From positions 10,900 through 74,899 of the forward strand of contig CAZSOZ010000003.1 in assembly GCA_964608675.1 (NCBI GenBank): a stretch of 64,000 nt of DNA. The letters are read 5' to 3'. The position numbers and the translations under genes were made by a program. Shown piece by piece: positions 63,225 through 64,000 of the stretch; position 1 is the first letter of the stretch; each line of letters opens with the position of its first letter. The notes below the pieces were generated by a model, which saw nothing but the letters and a program-made list of their open reading frames with translations, searched no databases and was not told the origin of the DNA. The DNA is from an uncultured archaeon (GTDB taxonomy: Archaea; Iainarchaeota; Iainarchaeia; Iainarchaeales; 1-14-0-10-31-34).

Positions 63225-63394
63225 TTAATCACTTTTTTATATATTAAATCAAAACAACTATTTTAATCTTTCTTTTTTAATTCATTCTTGTACCAAAATA
63301 GTTTATTAATCCCTTTTCTTTTTTTATCAGAAAGCTTTAAAATCATTTTAAGACAGGTTTACTTCAATAATCTTTTGGTGAATATGGTGAATAT

Positions 63395-64000
63395 ATGAAT
63401 AATCCGAAAATTGTTGTAATGGGAAAAAATAAGATTGCCTGGGAATGCAGCAAGTTTTTACTAGAGCAAAAAGAAAATATTGTGGGGGTTGTTGTTGGCG
63501 GAAAAGCGTGGCAGGAAAGCCTTGAAACTTTTGCGAAAGAAAATAATCTTCCTTATTGGAATTTTGAAAAAATTAATTCCCCTGAGGCTGTTCAGAAGTT
63601 AAAGGAATTAGAGCCTGACTTCATTTTTTCTTTTCAGTTTGACCAGATTCTTAAAAAACAGGTAATTGAAATCCCAAACAAAGGCTGTATTAACCTTCAT
63701 TTTGCTTTTCTTCCTAATTACAGGGGCTGTCATACTATAGCAAAGGCAATGCTGAACAAAGAACAATTTCATGGAGTTACTTTGCATTATATGGTTGAAG
63801 GCATTGATTCAGGGAATATTATTTCACAAAAAAAAGTTAAGATTGAAAAACAATGGACTGCAAGGAACTTATACGATAAACTAACAGAAGAAGGAGTTAA
63901 CTTGTTTAAGGAAACATGGCCTTTGCTTAAAGAAGAAAAAATTGAACCAAAAACTCAAGGAAAAAATTTTTCTTATTATGACCAAAATTCAGTCAACTAC
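63395..64000 (+). CDS. Formyltransferase (Fmt/ArnA-N-like, probable sugar N-formyltransferase), partial at window end
   Basis: Hand-translated: MNNPKIVVMGKNKIAWECSKFLL...INLHFAFLPNYRGCHTIAKAML...HYMVEGIDSGNIISQ. It has the formyl_trans_N HxSLLPxxRG-like motif (HFAFLPNYRG) and a catalytic Asp context. It runs off the window end. Confidence 0.7.
   Translation, partial: MNNPKIVVMGKNKIAWECSKFLLEQKENIVGVVVGGKAWQESLETFAKENNLPYWNFEKINSPEAVQKLKELEPDFIFSFQFDQILKKQVIEIPNKGCINLHFAFLPNYRGCHTIAKAMLNKEQFHGVTLHYMVEGIDSGNIISQKKVKIEKQWTARNLYDKLTEEGVNLFKETWPLLKEEKIEPKTQGKNFSYYDQNSVNY

Noticed and set aside
1-64000. Search for CRISPR arrays, rRNA genes, IS/transposase or integrase genes
   Set aside because: No regularly spaced direct repeats were seen, and no rRNA-like GC-rich structured stretches. 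No ORF has transposase DDE or integrase motifs recognisable by eye. The only short direct repeat found (29462-29512 versus about 29650-29700) is coding-sequence duplication, not a CRISPR or IS end.

Overview
AT-rich, gene-dense window that looks archaeal, probably a DPANN-like small-genome organism. The evidence for this: class-III (KG|Q) signal-peptide pilins, FlaI/FlaJ-type secretion genes, geranylgeranyl reductase, a PAC2 proteasome-assembly chaperone, and a tRNA-Gln with an A1:U72 pair and no encoded CCA. Three blocks are visible. (1) 1-29.8 kb is a cell-surface/filament island. Two tandem giant paralogous membrane-anchored proteins lie on the minus strand: one partial (>1070 aa) and one of 2481 aa. 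They share a conserved N-terminal module followed by a signal-anchor. A 597-aa prepilin-like protein sits between them and an exosortase/archaeosortase-like membrane protein sits next to them. This unit is divergently paired with a type-IV-filament operon containing an N-terminally extended secretion ATPase, a fused double-T2SSF platform protein and 6-7 Cys-rich class-III-signal pilins. A 1490-aa secreted protein with a sortase-type C-terminal tripartite signal and duplicated very basic proteins follow. (2) 29.9-47.5 kb carries housekeeping and accessory genes: PAC2, a second secretion ATPase with a split platform, UPP synthase, tRNA-Gln, a RelE/ParE toxin-antitoxin pair, GGR, a 1047-aa FN3 surface protein, an OPT transporter, LemA and HtpX. 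(3) 47.5-64 kb is a nucleotide-sugar/glycan cluster: MTAP and APRT, rmlABCD, ugd, galU, UXS, two RHH-fused nucleotidyltransferases, a sugar C-methyltransferase, a GT4 glycosyltransferase, a flippase and a formyltransferase. No CRISPR array, rRNA or obvious transposase was seen. The most interesting candidate is the divergent giant-adhesin, archaeosortase and pilus-machinery locus, which looks like an undescribed surface-attachment apparatus.
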